A model generated the notes under the pieces. It worked only from the letters and a program-made list of their open reading frames with translations. It made no database searches and was not told where the DNA came from. Positions 12,078-27,563 of a DNA stretch of 34,190 nucleotides are shown piece by piece. Numbering within the stretch: the stretch's first letter is position 1; the number at the start of each line of letters is the position of its first letter. The position numbers and the translations under genes were made by a program. Source of the DNA: Octopus sinensis (Eukaryota). Location: NCBI RefSeq assembly GCF_006345805.1, contig NW_021829906.1:1-34190 (forward strand). The letters are read 5' to 3'.

Positions 12078-12119
12078 GTACGACATATGTTTCGACCCGT
12101 TCTGGGTCTCTTCCAGTAC
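12078..12119 (-). ncRNA. Candidate minimal type I hammerhead ribozyme (degenerate core), probably a Penelope-like pLTR remnant
   Basis: Minus strand: GUAC-UGGAAGA-GACCC-agaac-GGGUC-GAA-ACAUAUGU-C-GUAC, with a GUC triplet and AATAAA 2 nt downstream. The core deviates from CUGANGA. Confidence 0.55.
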
Positions 12120-12414
12120 ATCAATAAGAAAAATCTTGCTAGAGATTTTCTGATTCAGTTTTACGTACTGCTATATGTCCATCAACTTTGAGAATGAGTA
12201 AAAAACAGAAAAATTGAAACGCAAAAAATTCAAACGTGAACGTAAAAATTATACATTCTAGTTTAGAGAAAATGGCGTGATGAGCCTTCGCTGTTGTAAC
12301 TGTTAAGAGAAAGAAAAGGAAGTAGAAATTGAAAGGAATATAATACTTAGACGAAATTTTTTTTGTGTTCGTGCTTAGACGCACATATACATACACAGAT
12401 ATATATATATATCT

Positions 12415-12640
12415 GCGGGCTGGCAGAAACGTTAGCACGCCAGGCGAAATGCTCAGCAGTATTTCGTCTCTCGCTACGTTCTGAGTTCAAATTCCGCCGA
12501 GGTCGACTTTGCCTTTCATTCTTTCGGGATCGATAAATAAAGTACCAGTTACGCACTGGGGTCGATGTAATCTACTTAATCCCTTTTTCTGTCCTTGTTT
12601 GTCCCCTCTATGTTTAGCCCCTTGTGGGCAATAAAGAAAT
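12415..12640 (+). mobile_element. tRNA-derived SINE family C
   Basis: Head gctggcagaaacgttagc, B-box-like gagttcaaattcc, central gtcgactttgcctttcat segment, tail ending aataaagaaat into (AT)n. Confidence 0.85.
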
Positions 12641-13769
12641 ATATATATATATATATACATTCGGGCTCACACTCGCACATCCAAGCATATGGGTATATAC
12701 ATACAACTAGAAACGCACATACGTACTCGTATAGACGAATATATACATATATATATATAGGAGCTCATAAATGCAGTTACACACGTGTATATATACATAA
12801 GTATACGTACATAGCATAGATAAATATGTGCATATGTTCGTAAATAAACCAAGTTACAAACGTCTGTGCAAAGTTTGACACACACACACGTGTATACTCA
12901 CGTATACACATAAGTAATTATATACACGGATACACATACATGTATGTGTATGTCTATATACACATACACACACATATACAAATATGTATGCATATAGACA
13001 TGCAAACACGCCCACGTACACGTATACACAAATTTACTATAATATATACATACACCTACCAAAAACGCAAATGCGCACAGATGAATATGTAGACATCTAT
13101 ATATCTATATATGTGTACATATACATGCACACACGCACACACACACATATGACTCCTCGGAACATAATTGGCATTGGCGGGATGTCGTGTTGTAGATACT
13201 CGCGTGTCTAAGTATGGACCATGTAAGGTCGTATTTTTTCTTTGCTTCGTTAAGCCTCCAGATAATATCGGCCAGTGATGTTACACGTCGTTTAAGGATA
13301 CTTCGAGAGCTGGCGATGTGGTTGAGGTTATTTACTTCTTACACTCTACTGGCTGTCGTTGTTGTCTTCTTTCATTCTTCACCTCTTCACCGTGAGGCTG
13401 ATATTCGCCAAAGATTTTGTTCTTATCCATGTAGTGATTACTGTTGTTCTTGACGTTTTTGTTGCTGTGCTTGTCGTCCTAACTCTCCATTTTACCATTT
13501 CAGTGACGTGTCATTTGCTGCCGCTCAGCTGTTAGCGCAACGATTGTTATTTGGCTAACATCCTTCACATTCCTGTAGATGTCATTCAGTGCTGATCGGT
13601 TGTTGCTGCTAAATTTATTGTTCTGTTGGTCTCGCTCTTGTTATACGCAGGCTATAATAGGTGCTGGTGTTGTTGTTGTTGTTGTTGCTGCGTTCTTATT
13701 GTGGCTAGTATTCATGAAGTTTAGTGTTGTTCGCCAAACGATTGCTACTGGTATTGATTTTTTATAGTT

Positions 13770-18660
<4,891 letters not shown>

Positions 18661-19276
18661 GCGTACATCTGTGTGTATACAAGCAGCGTCAGGTGAATTC
18701 GTAGCTTACGGGAATCTACTCATGTTAGAGCTGTTGTTAGTCGAAATGAATCAGACAAAATTCAGATAGTATTCTATTACATGTGTTTGGGATTTTCTTA
18801 TGTAGGTTTTCAACGCCATGCAGCCTTTTGGTTCATTGCTTTCTCTCCTTATAACTTTTGTGTAAAGCCGGATTACTTGAAGAAAAGCTGTAGCGCTGTA
18901 TTGTTATGTGATGTGGGCTCAATTTTTGTAGAAAGGGCTTCCGTAGGAAGGGTTCAGCTTTAGCTGAACTGTGAATTTGATACCAGCATTATCCGAACAA
19001 TATTGATGAAATAATTTTCCATCAATAAGAAGAAGAATCTGGCCTTATGCTGATGAAGGAAAGAATAGAGATTGATCTTTTCGATATGGTCCCAAAGTTT
19101 GATTGATCTTTTATTTGATTAATTTTCCTGATAGATAGACATTTTTAAAAATTAATTTTCTTAATTCTTCTAATCGATCTTTCTTGTCTACGGCACATGC
19201 ATCTATTTTGATGTTTCGGATCGAGATGGATTTTGGTTTGCGCATATTGGTTGACTGTCCTGTGACTAGTCCCCGT

Positions 19277-19646
19277 GGAGGCGCAATGGCCCAGTGGTTA
19301 GGGCAGCGGACTCGCGGTCATAGGATCGCGGTTTCGATTCCCAGACCGGGCGTTGTGAGCGAAAACACCTAAAGCTCCACGAGGCTCCGGCAGGGGATGG
19401 TGGTGATCCCTGCTGTACTCTTTCACCACAACTTTCTCTCACTCTTACTTCCTGTTTCTGTTGTACCTGTATTTCAAAGGGCCGGCCTTGTCACTCTCTG
19501 TGTCACGCTGAATATCCCCGAGAACTACGTTAAGGGTACACGTGTCTGCGGAGTGCTCGGCCACTTACACGTTAATTTCACGAGCAGGCTGTTCCGTTGA
19601 TTCGGATTAACCGGAGTCCTCGTCGTCGTAACCGACGGAGTGCTTC
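19277..19646 (+). mobile_element. tRNA-derived SINE family B, full length, with TSD
   Basis: Head ggaggcgcaatggcccagtggttagg with B-box ggtttcgattccc. TSD ctagtccccgt (19266-19276) / ctagcccccgt (19647-19657). Has an 11-nt deletion relative to the 21897 copy. Confidence 0.92.
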
Positions 19647-19703
19647 CTAGCCCCCGTTAGAGCAGGCGATAAACGAAAGGAATAAATGACAGCTGACCAC
19701 TAT

Positions 19704-19739
19704 ATATCCCGAATTAGCTAACTCAAAGCAGTATTTAAG
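19704..19739 (+). repeat. 36-bp direct repeat, copy 1
   Basis: atatcccgaattagctaactcaaagcagtatttaag; 35/36 identical to 22298-22333. Confidence 0.9.
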
Positions 19740-21896
19740 GATTCTTCACGAGCTGGAGTCATTTATAACTGCTGTGGCTTAAATCTACGTCGATACTTAA
19801 GTAAATGTATGACGCAAGTTGAGTGTCTGAGGAAGAAAAAACAATAGAAGGATTCCAGTTTTTGTCTCCAGGGAACTTACTTCACCCTGTCCTTCAGAGC
19901 AATAAACACCAATTATATAATGACGTTTTATACTCATCTTTTATGTTGGGGTGCTTATTTACAACAGGTGCATGAAGTTGTTATTACAAATATTACCTGC
20001 GATTTTGTCCTAGTGGAAGACGGGTGGAAAATTAATATAAACTTGCATTAAACTGCTCGACAAACTTTTGAGCATAGCTGGTGACAGAAGCAGCTTCGTC
20101 TGTCATAATAACTCTCCAAAGTGTTTAGTTTTCAGGTAGGCTCCGTCTGAAATACTTCTTCCTGTGTATATCTCACTGCTGATCTTCGACTGTTGACACA
20201 TCCCCAGTGGATACAGCTCTTTACAACATTCTGATATTGTATACCAAGGTAAAAACACTCTGGCTGATTTGAATGAACAGCATAGAATGATTATGGTTTC
20301 ATATTTAAAAATACTAAGATCACCATCTACCGAACAGCCATGATTTTTTCTCTACTCTGTTTTTCTCCAAGCGTAGAAGGCATTACTTTAGAATATATTT
20401 GCATAAGTGCAAAGGAAACTTCGTGCGAAGTGGTGAGGGATTCAGTAACAATAGAATTTATCAGAATGAACGTATGAGGCAAAGCATTTCCTTTAGAAAA
20501 TTAAGCTTTTTTCCATTTTCTTCTGCGACACCTAGTTTACAGATACGGGAGGTCGTTCATGAATCGGAAATCGTGATATACACTGGAATGCACTTGCTCA
20601 TCTGGATCACTTCTTCATTTGAATCTTGTTTCTTGAAGTGCATACGCAGCATCAGCAGATCCCATGCTATACACATATATAATTGACTACGTGACAGAGT
20701 TAAACTTCGATGTACATCAAAGGTTTTTGACAAGATTGGTGGTAAGTCACGATTTGTTATTTGTCAGATACAATATCCTTATCGTCTCTTAATTTTATGT
20801 AGACTACAAATAGCATATCCTAGAGTTTTGTCCGTCTGCGTAGTGGATAACACTCTTCCCACTTTAGTTTATTAATTTTCTGTGTTACCTTTTGCCGTAT
20901 TTAATTTTTATAAAAATAGATTCACATTGCCCGTGAATTATTACTGTTTTTGTTCTTTTCTTTTTCTTTTTCTATGGTATTAAAAGGCCGCAGTTACTTG
21001 AAAAGACTACAATATGTACTGCTATAATTGAATATATTTGACTGGAGTAGAATTTCCTTTTCAATCAGATAAGAATATGCTGCACATGTCACGTTTGGTA
21101 ATGCTAAAGATGCCATGATTATTTATGAGATGCATTAATTCTATAAGTTTTTACTGAGGAACTCTTACAACAACTCATGGCAGTTCTTAGGAAAGGGCCT
21201 TAGTAAAACATACTCACGTTTTAAAAAGTAGAATTGCCGTTGAAAGTGATGAATAAATCTAGTCTTCCGTCAATTCTCGCATCTTTAATTCGTACATGCA
21301 TGCATCTTGGACTTCTGTGAAGCTAACCGGAAGATACAGGTACAGAAGAAAATCGCATGATGTGCGTGCCTAATAAAACTTTTGAAAAATGCTTTTAATG
21401 AAATGTACGTTTTTGTACGCTTCTAGTTGTTGGAGGTTGATTCATTGACTCGTTTCTTCTGCTATTCAGTGACATATTTCAAGTCCATAGTAGGAGTGAC
21501 TAGAAATATTCACTGTGTGTTGTAGTGATATTCCTGGAGTCACAGATACTACTTCTGGTAGCCTTCATGTTATTGTAACAAAGAAATTCTCCCTGATTAA
21601 AGATATTTCTAAAAAAGAAGGTTGTAAGAATGATAGAGAATCTGTATTTGGTGATTCACTGCAATGTTAAACAGACCTTTGCCATTTCAGTGTTGGTATG
21701 AACCACGTTCTTTAATAAATTTAAATCTGAATGGTGCCTAAAAAGTTAAACGTATTTTCTACTTGTTGTGCGGATCTGAAGTCTCAGGTAATAGAGACAA
21801 AATGAGTTTATTGGAACAGCGTGTTCGTGCTGTTTCACTTTGCTTCTCTATGTTCCCATATACTTGCAATTTAGCCATTGCCTATTGCACAAATAG

Positions 21897-22278
21897 TGGA
21901 GACGCAATGGCCCAGTGGTTAGGGCAGCGGACTCGCGGTCATAGGATCGCGGTTTCGATTCCCAGACCGGGCGTTGTGAGTGTCTATTGAGCGAAAACAC
22001 CTAAAGCTCCACGAGGCTCCGGCAGGGGATGGTGGTGGTCCCTGCTGTACTCTTTCACCACAACTTACTCTCAATCTTACTTCCTGTTTCTGTTGTACCT
22101 GTATGTTAAAGGGCCGGCCTTGTCACTCTCTGTGTCACGCTGAATATCCCCGAGAACTGCGTTAAGGGTACAGGTGTCTGTGGAATGCTCAGCCACTTAC
22201 ACGTTAATTTCACGAGCAGGCTGTTCCGTTGATCGGATCAATCGGAATCCTCGTCGTCGTAACCGACGGAGTGCTTCC
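21897..22278 (+). mobile_element. tRNA-derived SINE family B, full length, with perfect 13-bp TSD
   Basis: attgcacaaatag at 21884-21896 and 22279-22291; the body matches the 19277 copy. Confidence 0.93.
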
Positions 22279-22297
22279 ATTGCACAAATAGAGAAAA

Positions 22298-22333
22298 ATA
22301 TCCCGAATTGGCTAACTCAAAGCAGTATTTAAG
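22298..22333 (+). repeat. 36-bp direct repeat, copy 2
   Basis: atatcccgaattggctaactcaaagcagtatttaag. Confidence 0.9.
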
Positions 22334-22439
22334 ACTAGAAAGCTTGTGGCTTGTGATTACAATGCATTGAATCTTGCTTATAGTAAGTTTGCATTTTTCA
22401 GTAGACTCCTGCTGTTAAGTCAAATGATAATGGGTGGTA

Positions 22440-22572
22440 TTTTGTGATTAGTTGTGCTTGTTAATTCTTAAGCCTGGTTTCTTTTACCGAAACTCTAATT
22501 TACTGGGACACAAGCACACGAACACCTGTTGTTAAATGATGGTGGGGTACAAACACAGACATACACAAAGAT
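22440..22572 (-). mobile_element. Old degenerate family A SINE tail fragment
   Basis: cacctgttgttaaatgatggtggggtacaaacacagac resembles catcggttgtcaagcgatgttggggggacaaacacagac of the younger copies. Confidence 0.5.
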
Positions 22573-22573
22573 A

Positions 22574-23062
<489 letters not shown>

Positions 23063-23365
23063 ATGTATATACATATATATATTTGCTTCTATGATGTTCC
23101 ATACGTACAATATATGAATAGGTTGCTCTTTTAGTTTAGTGCAGTCTGCTGCTTGCATGAGTCGAAGGATCAAAATTGAATAGTAACTGATTTTCATTGA
23201 TTGTCCACTTGCAGTCTCTCTCTATGCATAAATTGCTGGATATGAGAAAAGATTTTACGAATATTACATGTTTGTGTATGCTCAATATCTAATATGAGAT
23301 CCACGTCTAATAATCGTCAAGATAACGTGAATTGTCTGTCTTCTGGAAGTTGGAATGAATGATTT

Positions 23366-23530
23366 AGCAGGAATGGGTGTGTGAGTGAGGAGTTTGCTTC
23401 CCTACCATGTTGTCTAGGGGTTCAGTCTCATTGTCCGGCAGCTTAGATATTTTGTACTAAAGCCCGGGACAACTAAAACCTTGTGAGTGGAGTTGATAGG
23501 CTGAAGCTGAAGGAAACCCGTCGAGCATAT
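23366..23530 (+). mobile_element. Degenerate family A SINE head
   Basis: agcaggaatgggtgtgtg...ggggttcagtctc...aaaaccttgtgagtggagttgatagg...gaaacccgtcg aligns to the family A 5' half. Confidence 0.75.
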
Positions 23531-23639
23531 ACTTACATACATATATATTATATCCATCAATGCAGTGTTAAACACTTGTTTTCATTGTTCATCATTTACG
23601 TGTGTATATATATATATGTATGTATATACATATTTTAAT

Positions 23640-25243
23640 CCGTGGGGAGGCAATGCGAGCAGCAACTAAAGGAACATTACAAAATCCACAGAAAGATCAA
23701 ACACATACATATATTCATATATTCATTTATATCACAGATCAGATATAAAGCCCGACGTTTAGAAATTTAAAAATTTAGTAATTTATAAATATATCATATA
23801 AAGATATATAAATATACAAGAGAATCAAAGAAGGCATGCCACTGTGGATGTGCGATTCATATCGGAGGAGGAAGCAATAAGACATGCGACGGAGGCAATT
23901 CGTTCGGAAGATTGGATTATTTTGCCATCGTATTGCGGAAACCGTGTGACGAGAGTTCGGGTGGGCTAAGTGCTCTCTGAGCTGGGAGAGGCCTGGCTAA
24001 TGACAGCCATTATGTATAACATGAAGGACGGGGCCAGAATACTGAAGGCTACCAGAACAAATAAGCTGGCCTACTGGGGCTATGGATTGGAATTAACAAT
24101 CCAGGCAACAGTAGAAGACCTCAATAGAATAACCGAGAAGATAGTGTTGCCTGACGGTTTCTCACTAAGGATAGATGTGGAGGGCAGACCGCCTGTGTGT
24201 TTTGAATGTGACGAAAAGGGACACATGAAGGCGAGATGCCCACAGAAACAACAGAGAGAAATTCAAGAAAATGTCGAACAGGCAGTGCTTCTCGAGAGTA
24301 GTGAAAAAATAGCGGAAGGTTTCACGAGAGTGGAAAGAAAAAGAAGGAGGAGCGGTAGGGTAAGCCCGCCACTGAATAACCAGAAAAAGAAGAAAGAAGA
24401 GGTGGAAAGGGAAGATGTAACGAGAAAGAAAGATGACAAAAGTAAGGCGGAGAAGGGAAGTGAAAAAATAATTAAGAAGGTGTGTGACAATGAGCCAGAG
24501 AAGGAGGAAGCAAGGATGAGGACAACATGTGATATGGCAGTTTCAGAAACTCGGCTACAAGAGGGTGAGATGGAGAAACTGTTTACAGTCGAGATAGAGA
24601 AGAAGAAAGTTCCAGCATCAGAGAAGAGTATAGAGGAAGCTATATCGGGAGAGGAAGAAAGGAAAAAGCCTAGTGGAGGGAAGAAACAGTGGATTTTTTT
24701 TACTTACGCAAAAAACAAGGAAGTGGAGAAGGAAATCGTGAAGATCAATAACATCATAAGGGTAAAAATGCCCAGAGACACGTACTCTGAGTGAGTGAAG
24801 GGCTTGGTGGCCGATAAGGCAGCCTACAAAAAACTTAAAGACACGTGCGGGGATAGAATTGACCCGGGCGGAGCGATAGTGGAGTTCAATGAACTGCCAC
24901 CAGTAACTGATCTGATAGAACTTGAGCAATATATGAAGCGTTAAAAAAGAAAAAAAAAAGGAAAAAAAGGAAAAAAAGAGAGAGAAAGGAAAAAGTATTT
25001 ATGGAAGAAAAAAGATAATGAAAAAAAAAGGAAAAAATCAGATAAAATAAGACTGTAATAACAGTGTGTAAAAACGTTCCAATTGTGCTGCATGAGAAGT
25101 GGGGCCCATGCATCCATTTCATTTTTCATTACTGTATAATATTCATTCTCATTCGTTTTATGTTTACTGTCCCCACTGTAGTGTTGTGTCTGTCCTTGTA
25201 GTGTCCCCTCTGTGTTAGTAGCCTGAGTGCCAAATAAAGAAAT
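23640..25243 (+). mobile_element. Tx1/L1-like non-LTR element carrying only ORF1 (half-L1-like); 5' boundary approximate
   Basis: A gag-like ORF1 is followed directly by an A-rich tract, a T-rich 3' UTR and AATAAA (25233-25238). No endonuclease or RT sequence follows. Confidence 0.7.
23802..24944 (+). pseudogene. ORF1/gag-like nucleic-acid-binding protein with CCHC zinc knuckle; two in-frame stops
   Basis: One frame reads ...ATVDVRFISEEEAIRH...YCGNRVTRVRVG*VLSEL...GRPPVCFECDEKGHMKARC (Cx2Cx4Hx4C, 24198-24239)...RDTYSE*VKGLVADK...EQYMKR*. Stops are at 23967-23969 and 24792-24794. Confidence 0.8.
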
Positions 25244-25260
25244 TGTTACAATCATCTGAA

Positions 25261-25632
25261 ATAGAACTGTCAAAGCGCGATAATCGAGCAATTTTACAAT
25301 TCAGGTTCAAAATAGTACATGGATCTGCTGAAACTGCTCGCGATATCATCAAAATGACTAGTAAGTAGTTAGCACGAAAATGATTCAAACGATTTCGCAT
25401 TGTAGAGCTCTGCCATGAAAATAGTGAGCGTAGTAGACGCGCTCTGTCATCGATGAAATTCAATTAAAGACCATCATTGACAAAGATCCACGTAAAACCA
25501 CCCAAGAACTGGCAAAAGAAGTTCAAGTTAGCCAGAAACGGCCAGCAACTATCTGCATGCGATCGGAAAATCCCAAAAGCTCGACGAATGAATACCACAC
25601 AACTTGAATGAAAATCAGAAAATGTTGAGATA
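25261..25632 (+). pseudogene. Old mariner transposase N-terminal fragment
   Basis: With two frameshifts: IELSKRDNRAILQFRFK..SAETARDI..*FKRFR..VIDEIQLKTIIDKDPRKTTQELAKEVQVSQK..SNYLHAIGKSQKLDE*IPHNLNENQK. This covers both HTH regions and the decayed WVPHEL motif. Confidence 0.85.
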
Positions 25633-25633
25633 A

Positions 25634-25697
25634 GAACCGAAACCGCGACTTACGACCGCGAATCTGCTGCCCTAACCACTGGACCATTGCGCCTCCA
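25634..25697 (-). mobile_element. Family B SINE tRNA-like head only (3'-truncated)
   Basis: Minus strand tggaggcgcaatggtccagtggttagggcagcagattcgcggtcgtaagtcgcggtttcggttc stops right after the B-box. Confidence 0.8.
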
Positions 25698-25705
25698 TAC
25701 ATACA

Positions 25706-25770
<65 letters not shown>

Positions 25771-25790
25771 TATATATATATATATATATA

Positions 25791-27539
25791 TTAAGGTATG
25801 TAGAAAAATACAACATGGACAAGAACGTATAACTCATAGAAGACGATACAATAAACATGGACAGGACATTCGAACCCCTCAGTCTTCAGTCAAGAACCGG
25901 ATCATCGTAGTAATTTCGGCTGATTAATCTTGAGATTACTAGATCACGGCCAGCCCTCCAAGAAAAACTAAGCTGGAAGCGTAGATTTCCTGGAAGAAGG
26001 ATCGAATGCATACGAACACCAGGACAGCAAAAGGGACAGATATATAAAAAACAAAAAACAATAATGGAATACAGAAACATGAAATACAGAAGCATTAACG
26101 GTGAAAACAACAAGTGTCTTACGACTGATAACAAGCAAACAAATTTTTTCTCTGGCGCATTGGAAAAAGCCTTTATAGCGGCGGACGAAGAACAACGATG
26201 TTAACACGACGAGGGTCAGGAGCTGAAAGGCAGATTTCGGCCAACAGTCACGTGACAGAGAAGAGGGAAAAGAAAAGAAAGAGAGCAGGAAGAGAGAGAG
26301 AAAAGGGGGACAAAACGCAACAAAGAGAGAGAAGAGAGAGAAAGAAGGAATCAGAGAGGAGAAGGGATGGGTGTCGAAGGATGACCTGTGAGTGCAGAGC
26401 GAGACAAAGAAATAGGAGGGTAGTGGAAGACTAGACCAAAGGATCAGAGGAAAGAGAAGATGAATAGAGAGAAAGTAAAAATGAGAGAGAGAGAGAGACA
26501 AACAGAGAGTCGTACCAATTATTAAGAATATGTGTTCACATTAATGATAAAGGGGGTACGGGGCGCCTGGAATATATGTTAAGGTATGTAGAAAAATACA
26601 ACATGGACAAGAACGTATAACTCATAGAAGACGATACAATAAACATGGACAGGACATTCGAACCCCTCAGTCTTCAGTCAAGAACCGGATCATCGTAGTA
26701 ATTTCGGCTGATTAATCTTGAGATTACTAGATCACGGCCAGCCCTCCAAGAAAAACTAAGCTGGAAGCGTAGATTTCCTGGAAGAAGGATCGAATGCATA
26801 CGAACACAGGACAGCAAAAGGGACAGATATAAAAAAAACAAAAAACAATAATGGAATACAGAAACATGAAATACAGAAGCATTAACGGTGAAAACAACCA
26901 GTGTCTTACGACTGATAACAAGCAAACAAATTTTTTCTCTGGCGCATTGGAAAAAGCCTTTATAGCGGCGGACGAAGAACAACGATGTTAACACGACGAG
27001 GGTCAGGAGCTGAAAGGCAGATTTCGGCCAACAGTCACGTGACAGAGAAGAGGGAAAAGAAAAGAAAGAGAAGCAAAGGAAGAGAGAGAGAGAAAAGGGG
27101 GACAAAACGCAACAAAGAGAGAGAAGAGAGAGAAAGAAGGAATCAGAGAGGAGAAGGGATGGGTGTCGAAGAATGACCTGTGAGTGCAGAGCGAGACAAA
27201 GAAATAGGAGGTGAGGAGGGTAGTGGAAGACTAGACCAAAAGATCAGAGGAAAGAGAAGATGAATAGAGAGAAAGTAAAAATGAGAGAGAGAGAGGAGAC
27301 AAACAGAGAGTCGTACCATTATTAAGAATATGTGTTCACATTAATGATAAGGGGGTACGGGGCGCCTGGAATATATGTTAAGGTATGTAGAAAAATACAA
27401 CATGGACAAGAACGTATAACTCATAGAAGACGATACAATAAACATGGACAGGACATTCGAACCCCTCAGTCTTCAGTCAAGAGCCGGATCATCGTAGTAA
27501 TTTCGGCTGATTAATCTTGAGATTACTAGATCACGGCCA
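25791..27539. repeat. Tandem array of a ~790-800 bp unit, 2.2 copies (A-B-A-B-A; A = 162 bp)
   Basis: ttaaggtatgtag begins at 25791, 26579 and 27378. The last copy ends at tcacggcca 27539. Units are nearly identical, and simple repeats flank both sides. Confidence 0.95.
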
Positions 27540-27563
27540 TATATATATATATATATATATATA

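Noticed and set aside
13196-13222. 27-nt micro-exon candidate (similar ones at 625-651 and 5271-5304)
   Set aside because: One splice site is weak in each case; such matches are expected by chance in 34 kb.
19277-19350. tRNA-like A/B-box sequences (also ~4700-4772, 6440-6509, 21897-21970, 25634-25697)
   Set aside because: They are SINE heads continuing into SINE bodies; I could not build complete cloverleaves, so they are not called tRNA genes.
20136-20248. Exon-like segment with good acceptor (ttttcag|G) and donor (AAG|gtaaaa)
   Set aside because: All three frames contain stops, so it is not a coding exon; a non-coding exon cannot be supported without RNA data.
25862-25895. Minus-strand CUGAAGA-cugagggguuc-GAAU-GUC in each tandem unit
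   Set aside because: No stem II pairing, GAAU instead of GAAA, and no stem III; does not fold as a hammerhead.
26577-27539. TRIM/LTR interpretation of the TG...CA 164-bp repeats
   Set aside because: No tRNA primer-binding site or clean polypurine tract adjacent on either strand, and no 4-6 bp TSD distinguishable from the microsatellite.
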